Assembly: GCA_964016885.1 (NCBI GenBank)
Contig: CAXHJY010000766.1
Location: 1-64,000, forward strand
From: Eledone cirrhosa
Lineage: Eukaryota
Length of the DNA: 64,000 bases
Direction: 5' to 3'
The translations under genes were made by a program, and so were the position numbers. The notes under the pieces were generated by a model, which had not been told where the DNA came from, did no database searches, and saw only the letters and a program-made list of their open reading frames with translations. Positions 21,101 to 37,359 of this stretch are shown here, in pieces; position 1 is the first letter of the stretch, and every line of letters starts with the position of its first letter.

Positions 21101-22179
21101 TATATAACGAAGAAGTTGTGGTATGCCTGAACTGGGCAGTGGGTGGACTCCTACTAGCCTATAAAATGGTTCAAATAAGATGTATTTATCACCTCTGCCG
21201 GTCAAACTCCCTCTCATATTTCCCCGTCGTGATACTGGTTCCACCAAATTGGATTGCGAGCTCTAACAAATGCAATGCTTGGAGTGCACTAATCTAAAGT
21301 GCATATATTTGCTGCTGGACGTCGCTTGTGAAACCAATCACCCGAAGAAACTCCATTGAAATGAGCTTACACCGTGAATTGCTTCGATGGAGCCGTCTCA
21401 AGCCACCCCGGGTGAATGCCACCAATAGTAGAAGTTTGTGTGAGTGAGTGAGTGAGTGAGGGGGTGAATGGGTGGGTGTGTTGCTGTGTGAGTGAGTGAG
21501 AGAATGAGTGGGTGAGTGAGTGGGTGTATGAGTGGATGGGTGAGTGAGTGAGTGGGTGGGTGAGTGAGTGAGTGGGTGAGTGAGTGGGTGTGTGAGTGAG
21601 TGAGTGATTGCGTGTGTGTGAGCCTGTTTGAACGTGTAAAGGATTTTAAATGACTGGCGTCGATATGATCGACTAGAAATCCGATCGAGGTGGTGCCACA
21701 GCCTGGCCGTAGACTAATGACTAAATCCAGTAAACGAAAAAAAACAAACAAAAGAAAAACAAACGAAAAAATGCAAGATTAGTTAAACAAACAGCACAAA
21801 GACTGGAATATAAGGAGATGATATGGAAAACAAGGCCAAGAAAAGGGCAAGATTATTGGAAGGCAATAAATTCAACAACGAACACAACCACAGCTTCCGT
21901 CCGCAAAAAATAAAAAAAATAAAAAACATTTTTTTAAATGTCGGTTGAATATTTTGGCAAGATTTCGTGTAATTGAGGTCAGCTGAGTGAAAGAATAAAT
22001 GCATGTCGTTTAGATGTGTTGGCATGTGTGAAGAAAAAAAAAAACTGGTTAAATTCACAGAAGAATAAGAAGGAGAAGAATAAAGAAAGTAAACAAAAGA
22101 TGGCGACCGCTGATAATTTAATGGTCTGCGCTTTGCGCTATTTCTGTCTCTTGCTATGCGTTAAAACAAAGTTTTATTG

Positions 22180-22244
<65 letters not shown>

Positions 22245-22398
22245 CATATGTATATATTATACATATATATATTTGTGAGTGTTGGTGTGTATATATATAT
22301 TATACATATATATATTTGTGAGTGTTGGTGTGTATATATATATACATATGTATATGTATATGTATATATTATACATACATATATATTTGTGAGTGTTG

Positions 22399-22435
<37 letters not shown>

Positions 22436-22618
22436 AGAAACAATGTTTTTTGTTGTTGATTTTTATTTCCTCTTTCATGGAACAAACAAAAAAGAATATA
22501 CGAGGCTGATTTGATATAAGATTAACAAAAAGTGAGGTTATTCTCTTGTAAGATTAACAAAGAGTGAGGTTGCTTTTGATGTGAAATTTCTTCTTTGAAG
22601 AGTATGTATATGTGTGTA

Positions 22619-22680
<62 letters not shown>

Positions 22681-22752
22681 CCTGGGTGAATAAATGAAGT
22701 AAATTCTAACCTGTTGGCTTGTACTTCATTATTATAGAGAGAGAGAGAGAGT

Positions 22753-22886
<134 letters not shown>

Positions 22887-22971
22887 CGCATGCAATACAC
22901 GAAATTCTAAGTTCCGGTGGTGTCGCTGATGAGGAAAATAGTTGCTTTTGTCCGTTTTGTCGAGTCCTAAT

Positions 22972-23023
<52 letters not shown>

Positions 23024-23139
23024 TTCTATCTATCTATCGATATATATATATATCGATATATATATATATATATATATCGATAGATAGATAGATAGAAAGA
23101 TAGATAGATAGATGTTGTGTGCGTGTAAAGAGAGGTGTC

Positions 23140-23255
23140 GTATTGACCCTAGCATTGAACAGGTACTTTATCGACCTCGAAAAACTGGGATTTTAACTAA
23201 CAAATAGCGCAAAAACATTCCACCCGACGCTCTAACGACTTGGTCGACTCGCTGT
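23140..23255 (-). mobile_element. Old degenerate SINE copy
   Basis: GGTACTTTATCGACCTCG...CCCGACGCTCTAACGA. Confidence 0.55.
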
Positions 23256-23339
23256 ATATATTTTCAACATTACACTATCAATGGATCTCCGTCGAATTTG
23301 ACGATGAGTGCTCAACCTGAACAATCTGCTCATGAAGTT

Positions 23340-23838
23340 AACATGTCATGTGATTGATTTTTCTACCCATACCGTATTTCTCAGGCAGATTCAACATGGC
23401 AGAGTGTGTAAGTAGGCTGACCCATTCAATTACAGTTACAGCTACAGTCCATCTTGTATTACAGTATAGCTGGCTGAGCATTCTACAGACACGTGTGCCT
23501 TTAAAATAATTCTCAGGGACATTCAGCACAGTGTGTGACAATGCTGGCCCTTTGAATTACATGTACATACCAAGTTGTATACTATTCCAAGTGGTTGAGC
23601 CTTCCACGGACATGTGTACTGTTTACATAATTCTCAGGGAGATTCAGCGTGACACAGGGTGTGACATGACTGGCTCCTTTAATTACAGATGCCGTTCATT
23701 CGGCGGGCTTCCAAACAGTTTCTGTCTACCCAATTTCCCTCACAAGGTAGGGGACACTTTCCCATGATTCCAAACGGTCAAATCGAACTTGGGACCCAAT
23801 GATTGCGAAACGAACTGCTTAACAATTTAGCCATCCTG
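23340..23838 (-). mobile_element. Second tRNA-derived (CORE-like) SINE with an internally repeated segment
   Basis: Minus-strand head CAGGATGGCTAAATTGTTAAG...GTTCGATT...TGGGAAAGTGTC. Three diverged copies of TTCTCAGG..ATTCA..A.AG.GTGT.A....CTG....TT.AATTACA. Confidence 0.55.
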
Positions 23839-24278
23839 TGTTTATAATTAACCTATAAAAAAACAATTAAAACCAGTGACTAGACTTTCTACTTCACAAT
23901 CTCCGCTATAGAAAATACAATATTAACATCAAAAATATGAAATGGAGAAACGAAGTGAAACGAAATGAAAATTTAAGCGAAAAAAGAAACCGCAAAACAT
24001 AAAGAAAACGAAAAATAAAATGTAGAATATTTTAACAGACTAATTCCAATGATTAAAATAAAAGTCTTAATTGTTTAAGTCATGTGTACAATGGTGTTAT
24101 ATACAATGTGCAGTGTACGTAATATATGCAGTAGTGTTGGTGGTAGTCGTGGTAGTCGTGGTGTTGGTGGAGGTAGTAGTAGTGGCAGTGAAGCTGGTGT
24201 GCAAAACAACGGAAAAACTAAAAAAAAAATGTTACATAACGATAAAACATATGCATACTAACACATGTATGAAAGTAC

Positions 24279-26043
<1,765 letters not shown>

Positions 26044-26469
26044 GTGTGTGTATATGTGTGTGTATACATGCAGTTCACGGTTGACTAGTTGGCAGTAGTG
26101 TTCCAACGTCTTAATATACAACAGCATTTGTATGTTTCAAGTTAATCCGCCGTCAGCTTTTTACTAAAATGGCGGCTACGGTGGAAATGGTGGTGTGGTT
26201 GTTATGGGGAATATGGCGGCCATGGTGGTGTGGTGGTTTTGGGGGAATATGGTGGCCCTGGTGGTGTGGTAATGGCAGACACTTCCAACTTTTTCTCTCG
26301 CTTCTACCCACCCCCACCACCTCAACACCACCCACACTCAAATCTTCGCCGCTTTGCTGCTTCGTCAGAATTCTTTATATATGTATACGCGTATATATGA
26401 ATGTATGTGTGTGTATATATATATATACGTACCCATATATATATATATATACACACACACCCATATATT

Positions 26470-26511
<42 letters not shown>

Positions 26512-26556
26512 TACATACACACATACACACATATATATATATACACACATACTCAC

Positions 26557-26777
26557 CGACATCCAGAGTTGACATTGCACTCAATGCTCCTTTGGGAGCC
26601 CCTACATGGACACACTAGAAGAGGAAGACCAAGGTTAACGTATGTTGATGCCCTAAGGACAGACACTGGTCTGTTGGAGACGCAGAACATGGCAGCGATA
26701 ATGAGGGACAGAGACCTCTGGAGAGAACTCGGCCATGGATCTCGGGAATTTTACCCGCCTTAGATAGATAGATAGAT
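26557..26777 (+). mobile_element. RTE-clade LINE 3' end (5'-truncated) with (TAGA)n tail
   Basis: [38 protein letters not shown]...MRDRDLWR matches the RTE/RTEX C-terminal W.P..G.R.RGRP..T..D...DR..WR motif. Stop at 26763, then tandem tail. Confidence 0.8.
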
Positions 26778-26799
26778 ACACACACACATACACACACCT

Positions 26800-26832
<33 letters not shown>

Positions 26833-27744
26833 CATACATACACACACATATATATATATACACACACATACACACATATATACATACATACATACACACA
26901 CACACACATACACATATATATACACACATACACACACATATATATATATATACATACAAACATATACATACATACACACAGACATGCATACAATCACATA
27001 TATATATATATATATATGACTAATTCCAGCACCGTCATTTTCATTTCTCTTTTCTCTCTCTCTCTCTCTCTCACCTTCCTCCTTCTGTCAATCTATTTAT
27101 CTATCTTTCATTGCTCAAATACTCGTGTGGCTAATCTACTCTTCCCTTAAGTCCAGTCTCATCTCCAAACATCCCAAACCCTATCTCGTCGCTTGATCCA
27201 GATTTATTCAATGATAAGAGAAGCTGCTTAAGCCAGCCATAGTCCGTCCTTGTTCAACTTAGGTCGTCACATAGAAGCCAATGACTTTCGGACTCAAACC
27301 ATACAAGCTTCTTGGAGCAGTAAATAGAAGACGAGGCTGATTGCTTTCTTTCTCTCTGTGTCTTCCTTTTCATTCTTCCTTTCATTTCTCTCTTATTTCT
27401 TGATTATTGCATTTATTTTATTCCATCTTTTATCTCACTTTTGTTTCATTCAATATTTATTTATTTATATATCTTTATATATTTTTATATTTTTTTGTTT
27501 CTCTCTCTCTCTCTCTCTCTCTCGCCCCACCACATACCTACGACCAACGCTAAAGGATTTCTACCATTAACCCATCAATCAGGTATGCTTTCTTATTAGA
27601 TAATCTAATTAGACTTTCTCTCACACCTCCCCCAACACACACACATACACATATATGTATATATACACACACACATACATACATATATATATTGATGTTA
27701 AACGCATAAAAGAGTTCTAGCCCCCTATATGACAAATTAATTCA

Positions 27745-27803
27745 TATATATGTATATACACATACACACATACATGTATATATATACATACATGTATGTA
27801 TAT

Positions 27804-27834
<31 letters not shown>

Positions 27835-27876
27835 CATATATATGAATATATATATATACATATATATACATCCATG

Positions 27877-27908
<32 letters not shown>

Positions 27909-27944
27909 TATGAATATATATATATACATATATATACATCCATG

Positions 27945-28002
<58 letters not shown>

Positions 28003-28017
28003 CATATATATACATCC

Positions 28018-28088
<71 letters not shown>

Positions 28089-28730
28089 CATATATATATA
28101 CATATATATATATACATCCATATATATATATACATATATATACATTCATGTATATATATATATATATATACATATATATACATATACATTCATGTATATA
28201 TATATATATACATATATATACATATATATATATATACATATATACATATATATACATATATATATATATACATATATACATATATATACATTCATGTATA
28301 TATATATATATACATATATATACATATATATATATATACATCCATGTATATACATATATATATATACATATATATACATATATATATATACATTCATGTA
28401 TATATATATACATATATATACATACATTCATGTATATATATATATACATATATATACATATATATATATATACATTCATGTATATATATATATACATATA
28501 TATACATATATATATATACATTCATGTATATATATATATACATATATATATATACATTCATGTATATATATATATACATATATATATATACATTCATGTA
28601 TATATATATATATACATATATATACATATATATATATATACATTCATGTATATATATATGTATACATATATATATATATACATTCATGTATATATATATG
28701 TATACATATATATATATATATACATTCATG

Positions 28731-28761
<31 letters not shown>

Positions 28762-28770
28762 ACATTCATG

Positions 28771-28803
<33 letters not shown>

Positions 28804-28926
28804 ACATATATATATATATATACATTCATGTATATATATATATATACATATATATATATACATTCATGTATATATATATATATACATACATATATATATA
28901 CATACATATATATATATACATTCATG

Positions 28927-28971
<45 letters not shown>

Positions 28972-28981
28972 TCATTTATAC

Positions 28982-29018
<37 letters not shown>

Positions 29019-29161
29019 CATTCATTTATACATATATATATATACATTCATTAATATATATATATATACATATATATACATGTATATGTATATATATATA
29101 TATATATACATGTATATGTATATATATATATACATGTATATGTATATATATATATATATAT

Positions 29162-29201
<40 letters not shown>

Positions 29202-30350
29202 ATATATATACACATGTATATGTATATATATATATATATACATGTATATGTATATATATATATATATATACATGTATATATATATATACATGTATATATA
29301 TATATACATGTATATATATATATACATGTATATATACACATATATATATATATATCCATAAACATATATACATACACATACATACATATACATACACCCC
29401 ACACAAAGATTAAGATGTTTGACTACATGCGTCTGTATTTTTCTATTTACCTAGGTGTTTGACTGCACACGCATGGGTGTGTATGAGTGCATGTGTGTGT
29501 ATGTGTGTGCACATGTGTGTATGAGTGTGTATATGTGTGTATGAGTGCATGTGTGTGTATGTGTGTGTATGTGTGTGTATGTGTGTGTATGTGTGTGTAT
29601 GTGTGTGTATGTGTGTATATGAGAGCATGTGTGTGTATATGAGCATGTGTGTGTATATGTATGTATGAGAGCATGTGTCTATGTGTGTGTATATGAGAGT
29701 ATGTGTGTGTATGTGTATGTATGTGTGTGTGTATGAGAGCATGTGTGTATATGTATGTATGAGAGCATGTGTGTGTATGTGTGTATATGAGAGCATGTGT
29801 GTGTATGTATATGTATGAGAGCATGTGTGTGTATGAGAGCATGTGTGTGTATGAGAGCATGCGTGTGTGTGTGTGTGTATATGTGTGTATGAGAGCATGC
29901 GTGTGTGTGTGTGTGTATATGTGTGTATGAGAGCATGTGTGTGTGTGTGTGAATGTGTGTATGAGAACATGTGTGTATGTGTGTATGTGTGTGTATGAGA
30001 GCATGTGTATGTGTGTGTATGAGAGCATGCGTGTGTGTGTGTATATGTGTGTATGAGAGCATGCGTGTGTGTGTGTGTGTATATGTGTGTATGAGAGCAT
30101 GTGTGTGTGTGTGTGAATGTGTGTATGAGAACATGTGTGTATGTGTGTATGTGTGTGTATGAGAGCATTTGTATGTGTGTGTATGAGAGCATGCGTGTGT
30201 GTGTGTATATGTGTGTATGAGAGCATGCGTGTGTGTGTGTGTGTATATGTGTGTATGAGAGCATGTGTGTGTGTGTGTGAATGTGTGTATGAGAACATGT
30301 GTGTGTGTGTATGTGTGTATGAGAGCATGTGTATGTGTGTGTATGTGTGG
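27745..30350. repeat. Microsatellite-derived minisatellites: TACATTCATG(TA)n, then GAGAGCAT(GT)n units
   Basis: Directly visible. Confidence 0.92.
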
Positions 30351-30869
30351 AGTAGGTAGCTGTGGTAGCATTAAGACTCAGTTGACAGTTTTCTGACAAA
30401 GTACCGGCTCTTTGGTGTTTAACATAACTTCCTTACATGACAGATCGAGTAAACAAACACACAACAACAGCATAAAGAATAACAGCAGTAACAACAACAG
30501 CAGTAACAGAACAACAACAACAACAACACCAACAACAACAACAACAAGAATATTGACAGGAACAACAGTTATAAATATTGCAACAGAAAACAGCAATAAT
30601 TTGTGACAGCACTAACACAGCGTGCTTCAGAATAAAGGCGTTTGTGGCAGTATATGTTGAACACAGATACATACATACACACACACACACACACATAGAT
30701 ACATACATACATACATACATACACACATACATACATACATACATACATACATACACACATACATACATACATACACACATAGATACATACATACATACAT
30801 ACACTCATACACACATAGATACATACATACATAGATACATACATACATATATATATACATGCATACATA

Positions 30870-31131
30870 CATGATGATGATGGCTGCTCCCTCATTATCG
30901 AGTATGGCCATTGCACGATATACCATTATTAATAATTATTAATTAATTCTATCCTGCAATGCCTGTGCGTGAAGATCTTTTGTAAAGTGAGGAAAGACTG
31001 TGCACTGAGCCAATCCCACTCTCTGAGTGACAGTAGCTATAACCCGAAAAGAAGAAAAGATCAACATCATCGGTAACTACTGAGCCGCAGGTTTTATGTC
31101 GGAGTTATCCCATATATGGATATATATACAT

Positions 31132-31185
<54 letters not shown>

Positions 31186-31540
31186 GCGTATATGATGGCT
31201 GCAAACTCACACGAAGAGTATTGCGATAGCTTGTCAGATTCAGATGTGTGACGCTCGGATATGGCTTTTCAAGCCTGCTAGAGACTTGCACTCCTTCGCA
31301 CATTGACAACATCTATGGATCTCCCTGGCACCAGGTCTTGCATCAGGTTGCCTGTGAACCTTCACAATACCGTAGAGATCATAGTTCACTGGCTCTCTCT
31401 GAACATGGCAACAACTGTGGCTCTTGAGACCAGATTTTCTCAAGCAAATCTTTCCACACTCAGGACACACCAATGGAGAAACCAATCGTTTTGAGAGATA
31501 GACCAGGGCATTTTTTACGCACATCCCGTTTAATCTTCAC
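30870..31540 (-). mobile_element. RTE (BovB-like) LINE 3' end with two C2H2 zinc fingers and (CAT)n tail
   Basis: CPECGKICLRKSGLKSH and CCQCAKECKSLAGLKSH in ORF 31240-31524. Minus-strand end GGCCATACTCGATAATGAGGGAGCAGCCATCATCATCAT at 30870-30910. Interrupted by other sequence. Confidence 0.65.
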
Positions 31541-31581
31541 ACGTAGATACAAACACACACACACCCACACACACACGTATA

Positions 31582-31923
31582 TCTCTCTCTATATAACATT
31601 CTTTGTCTTTCAGTCTGTCTGTATTTTCCTTATGCATTCCCAAACGGCTTGACCAATTCAAATCAAATTTTACCACGAGAGTGTCAACATATATTATTTT
31701 ATTTTATAATTTTATAGCATCAAAGAAAAAACATGAGAGTTTCAAAGTTGTAGAATTGCATACAAGGGAATCATTTTCTATCCATGGACAGTTATATGTA
31801 AGTTGTTGACGAGTGGAAACAGCTAGAAATCTTCATAAACTATGCACGAACGGTAAAACGAAGAATCTGGTGTATCTAGAAGAATTTTTCCTGTTTATTA
31901 TTATTTTTGTCACACTCACACAA

Positions 31924-31978
<55 letters not shown>

Positions 31979-32087
31979 ATAGTCTCACCTCATATTGTAA
32001 ACCAGACAAACATCCAATGCAGTCGTTTTCTTTTCTACGTGTCTTCTCTTATCTGTTTACGCAGGAGAAGCTGGGTACGTCAGCTAG
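31582..32087 (+). mobile_element. Non-autonomous Helitron-like element
   Basis: Begins A|TC with CTGTCTG and TATGCATTCCCAAACGGCT..ACCAATT...AAATTT. Ends with a GC-rich pseudo-hairpin followed by CAGCTAG|T. Confidence 0.55.
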
Positions 32088-32100
32088 TATATATATATAT

Positions 32101-32760
32101 AAATCGTCCACCCAACAGTTGAAATCGCCCACCCAACAGTTGATATCACCCACCCAACAGTTGAAATCGCTCACCCAACAGTTGAAATCGCCCACCCAAC
32201 AGTTGATATCGCTCACGCAACACTTGAAATCGCTCACCAAACAGTTGATATCGCCCACCCAACAGTTGAAATCGCTCACGCAACACTTGAAATCACTCAC
32301 CCAACAGTTGATATCGCCCACCCAACAGTTGAAATCGCCCACCCAACAGTTGATATCGCCCACCCAACAGTTGATATCGCCCACCCAACAGTTGAAATCA
32401 CCCACCCAACAGTTAATATCACCCAGCCACCAATTGAAATCGCTCACCCAACAGTTGAAATCGCTCACCCAACAGTTGAAATCGCCCACCCAACAGTTGA
32501 TATCACCCACCCAACAGTTGATATCACCCACCCAACAGTTGATATCACCAACCCAATAGTTGAAATCGCCCACCCAACAGTTGATATCGCCCACCCAACA
32601 GTTGATATCGCCCAACCAACAGTTGATCTCACCCACCCAACAGTTGAAATCACCCACCCAACAGTTGAAATCACCCACCCAACAGTTGAAATCACCCACC
32701 CAACAGTTGAAATCACCCACCCAACAGTTGAAATCGCCCACCCAACAGTTGAAATCGCCC
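32101..32760. repeat. 21-bp minisatellite, about 31 copies
   Basis: Unit CCCACCCAACAGTTGAWATCR. Confidence 0.97.
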
Positions 32761-33056
32761 AGATTGCGAAACCCTGCTCTACATGTCCGTTCGACCAGCT
32801 AGAAACAACAGCTAAATCTACATTTATAGTTTTAGCCGTGTTTGTATTTCGTCAATAGGGAAATTTTTTTTCTATTGGATTGAAGAACAACAACAGCAAC
32901 AACCACTACTACAACAACAACGACCACAACTACACCTACAACAAGCCAGTGTTTTAATGTTTAGACAACTAATCATATTACACAAAACCAATCTAACATT
33001 TTAGAGGTAGCATTGTTACATTTCCTTTATCCCTGGTTTGTGTGTGTATGTGTGTA

Positions 33057-33107
<51 letters not shown>

Positions 33108-33133
33108 AATATTTATGCCTATATATGTATGTG

Positions 33134-33166
<33 letters not shown>

Positions 33167-33192
33167 TTACACACACACACACACATTATATA

Positions 33193-33224
<32 letters not shown>

Positions 33225-33513
33225 GGGTATATATATATGTATATATATATGTATATATATATGGGTATATATGTATATATATATGGGTATATATGTATAT
33301 ATATATGGGTATATATATATATATATGTATATATATGTATATATATATGTATGTATATATATGTATATATATATGGGTATATATATATATATGTATATAT
33401 ATGTATATATATATGGGTATATATATATATATGTATATATATATGGGTATATATATATGTATATATATATGGGTATATATATATGTATATATATATATGT
33501 ATATATATATGGG

Positions 33514-33544
<31 letters not shown>

Positions 33545-33789
33545 GTATGTATATATATATATATGTCTGTATATATATATATATATGTATATATATTCAC
33601 TTTATCGCTCTCAGCTGACTCTATCTACTTTGTGTGACCAAATCTCAGGTCAACAGTTCTAATTAAAGGTTGCTTTCGTTCGCCAAACAAATTAATTGAT
33701 GGTGCAGCTGATGAAAATACCAATGTTTAAGAGAACAGGGACAAAATCGGCTCTTTGCGAAATCCATCTTCATTAAGAGATTAGATTTT

Positions 33790-33996
33790 TGGGTGTTTGT
33801 ATGTGTCTTGGTGGGTGGGTATGCATATGTGTGTGTTTTGTGTGCGTGTGTGTGTGTAAATGTGTGTGTGTGTAAATGTGTGTGTGTAAATGTGTGTGTG
33901 TGTGTGTGTGTGTGTGTGTCTTGCTGGGTATATGTGTGTGTGTGTGTGTGTTTGTGTAAATGTGTGTGTGTGTGTGTGTGTGTGAGTGTGTGAGTG

Positions 33997-34060
<64 letters not shown>

Positions 34061-34067
34061 TGAGTGA

Positions 34068-34138
<71 letters not shown>

Positions 34139-34440
34139 TGTGTGTGTGTGAGTGTGAGTGTGTGTGTGTATGTGTGTGTACTTGTGTGGGTGTTTGTGTG
34201 TCTGGGGGTGAGCTGGTGTGTGTGAATGTGAGTATGTGTGTGCATGTCTGTATGAGGTCGTGTTTGCATGTGTGCTTATGTATGTGTGTTGGTGTGTGTG
34301 TGTGCTGGTGAGTGGGTGCTTGTGTATGTTTGACTGTATATGTGCTTGTGTGTGTGTGTGTGTTTGCATGAGTATTTGCGTGTATTTATGTGTGTTTGTG
34401 GGAGTTGATTTGTGTGTTTGTGTGTGTATATGAATGTGTT
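33790..34440. repeat. (TG)n/(GAGT)n tract
   Basis: Directly visible. Confidence 0.95.
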
Positions 34441-34921
34441 TGCTTTTGTTTTGTTTTTATGTGTGTACGTGTGAGTATCTATGTGTTTCTGTATGTTGCA
34501 TATATTGACTTGTGTGCTTGTATGTGTGTGTATATGTGATTATGTCATAATGTGTACGTTGAGCTACTTTTTTCTGGTTCGGTCCGGACCTCCAGACGGA
34601 CAAAAACATTTGTACATGAGGGGAGAGAGATTTATTGAGAGATATACAAATAGATGGATATATATATATATATATAATATATATATATATAATATATATA
34701 AAATATATATATATAATATATATAAAATATAATATATATATATAATATATATATATATAATATATATAATATATATAATATATATATATATAATATATAT
34801 ATATAATATATATATATATGTATGTATGTATGTATGTAAAAGGTAAATAAAAATAACAACACAATCGGTACAGTATATGGAAGGAATATATTAGGTTAAC
34901 GCTTGAAATACCAGGAATGTG

Positions 34922-34993
<72 letters not shown>

Positions 34994-35242
34994 GAGAGAG
35001 AGAGAGGGGGAGAGAGAGAGAGGGGGAGAGAGAGAGATGGGGAGAGAGAGAGAGAGATGGGGAGAGAGAGAGAGAGATGGGGAGAGAGAGAGAGAGATGG
35101 GGAGAGAGAGAGAGAGAGATAGTTAGGTGGTTAGATAGGTAGATAGGTCACATCACATCCCCTTCATTTTATCCACGTTTTTAAGTTGATGAACAAGTGC
35201 TGTATCTGATAAACGAAATTGGACTTGCCAAAGTACACTGGG

Positions 35243-35273
<31 letters not shown>

Positions 35274-35394
35274 TTGGTGGTGGTGGAGTGGTGGAGGGTA
35301 TTTATCTTACCTGTTAGCGGACTTAAACTGTTGTTGTTGTTTGATTTCTGCAATACTTGTTACCTTCCCTAACCAATAAATATAGATTTACTGC

Positions 35395-36592
35395 CCCACT
35401 ACAACTACCACCAATACCATCACCACCAACCCTACCACCACTATCATCACCACCATCACCACAATCACCACGACCACCACCAACATGGCCACCATCACCA
35501 CGACCACCATCAACACAACCATCACTATCACCATCGCACCACCACCAATACGACCACTACCATGACACCAACACCACCATCACCATTACCACTCCCTTCA
35601 CCATCACCACAATCACCGCGACCACCAACACGACCACCACCACCACCACCATCACCACGACCACCACCACGACCACCACCACGACACCATCATCACCTCA
35701 CTCATTTCTTTGCCTTAATCTTGCTGAAATGTTAAATGAGACAGATAGGGTTCTGTAAAAATACCCACAATGCCAACCAGCCACCATTTTGTCCGGCTAT
35801 CTAACAATTATAACAACTCACCACCATTTTGTCTGGCAATCTACAAAATACCACACCTAACACCACAATTACCACTACTACCACCACCACCACCTTACCA
35901 TCACCACCACTACTACCAACCCCCACAACCACCACCTTACCATCACCACTACTACCATCTTACCATCACCAGCACCACTACCAACCACCACAACCACCAC
36001 CTTACCATCACCACCACCACTACCACCATCACCACTACTATCACCACAACCACCACCTTATCCTCACCACCACCACCTTACCATCACCACTACTACCACC
36101 ACCTTACCATCACCACCACCACCATCACAACCATCACCTTATCCTCACCACCACCACCTTACCATCACCAGCACCACTACTACCACCACAACCAACAACA
36201 ACAACGCTCTTCCCAAAAGTACGTTATAAGTTCGTCTCCCCTACCACCACCACCAGCACTATTACTACCACTAAAACCACCACCATCAACAACAACAACA
36301 CCACCCCTACTACCACCACAACCACCACCAACAACAACAACACCACCCCTACTACCACCACCAACAACTACATGCTCTTCCTAAAAGTACGTTATAAGTT
36401 CGTCTCCACCACCACCACCACAACCACCACTACCAAGTACGTTATAAAGTCATCTCCACCAACACCACCATGACCACCATTACCACCACCACCATTACTA
36501 CCACCACCACCACCATTATTATACCACCATCACCACCATCACCACCACCATTATACCACCATCACCACCATTACCACCACCGCCGCCACCAC
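35395..36592. repeat. Degenerate (ACC)n tract
   Basis: Directly visible. Confidence 0.92.
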
Positions 36593-36668
36593 GAAATCAA
36601 TGTATACTGGTCAGTTTGTGTAGTTGACCCCGACTGTAAATAGTTTGACCTTTGATGTATGTCCTCAG

Positions 36669-36799
36669 CTGTCCTCTGGAGAGTACCAGGCAACTTTCAA
36701 GTACATCGAACAGATTCCGATAATTGAAATCAATCAGAGATCGATCTGTGAAGAGGGCTTCAGCTGTAATTATGTTTTCCATTGGGAGAACGTGATCAC
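36669..36799 (+). CDS. Candidate internal coding exon of an unidentified host gene
   Basis: Acceptor ...TTTGACCTTTGATGTATGTCCTCAG| and donor |GTTGGT. Open, complex frame LSSGEYQATFKYIEQIPIIEINQRSICEEGFSCNYVFHWENVI. Unique island between simple repeats. Protein family not recognised. Confidence 0.5.
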
Positions 36800-36804
36800 G
36801 TTGG

Positions 36805-37235
36805 TTGGGGTGGTGTTAATAGAGTTAGTGGCGGTGGTGGCGGTGTTAGTGGTGTTGGAGGGGGGGGGTAGTGTTGGAGAGGGGGGTAGTGTTGGTGGTG
36901 GTGGTGGTGTTGGAGGTGATGGTGGTGGTAGTCGTATTAGTGGTGGTGGTGGTGCGATTTGAAAGTGTTTGTGGTGTTGGAGATGGTGCTGGTCGTATTA
37001 GTGGTAGTGGTGGTGTTGTTGGAGATGGTGCCGGTCGTATTAGTGGTAGTGGTGGTGTTGTTGGAGATGGTGCCGGTCGTATTAGTGGTAGTGGTGGTGT
37101 TGTTGGAGATGATGGTACCGTATTAGTGGTGGTGGTGGTGGGAGGGTGATGATTTGAAGGTGTTTGTGGTATTGGGGATGGTAGTGGCGTTGGTATTAGA
37201 GTGGGGGGCGGTGGTAGTTTTGGTCTTTTTGGTAG
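36805..37235. repeat. Degenerate (GGT)n tract with 42-bp higher-order repeat
   Basis: GTTGGAGATGGTGCCGGTCGTATTAGTGGTAGTGGTGGTGTT occurs three times. Confidence 0.9.
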
Positions 37236-37359
37236 CACACAACTTAATAAATATCTTAATTAACTGTCAAAATGCGTGTTAATAATATGCAAATTAGTAG
37301 GCCCATTTCAGGACAATATTATAAGGGATAAGGTATCGCTCAATAGAATCGAATACAAC

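Noticed and set aside
31240-31524. Host C2H2 zinc-finger gene
   Set aside because: The GLKSH-type fingers and downstream (CAT)n tail fit an RTE LINE C-terminus; no TGEKP linkers.
31813-32802. SPTQQLK-repeat protein
   Set aside because: Product of a 21-bp minisatellite that is open on both strands, contains a stop at 32557-32559 and is fused to Helitron sequence.
35185-35232. Possible micro-exon encoding DEQVLYLINEIGLAK
   Set aside because: Short, with weak splice signals (AAG acceptor, GTACAC donor) and no recognisable homology.
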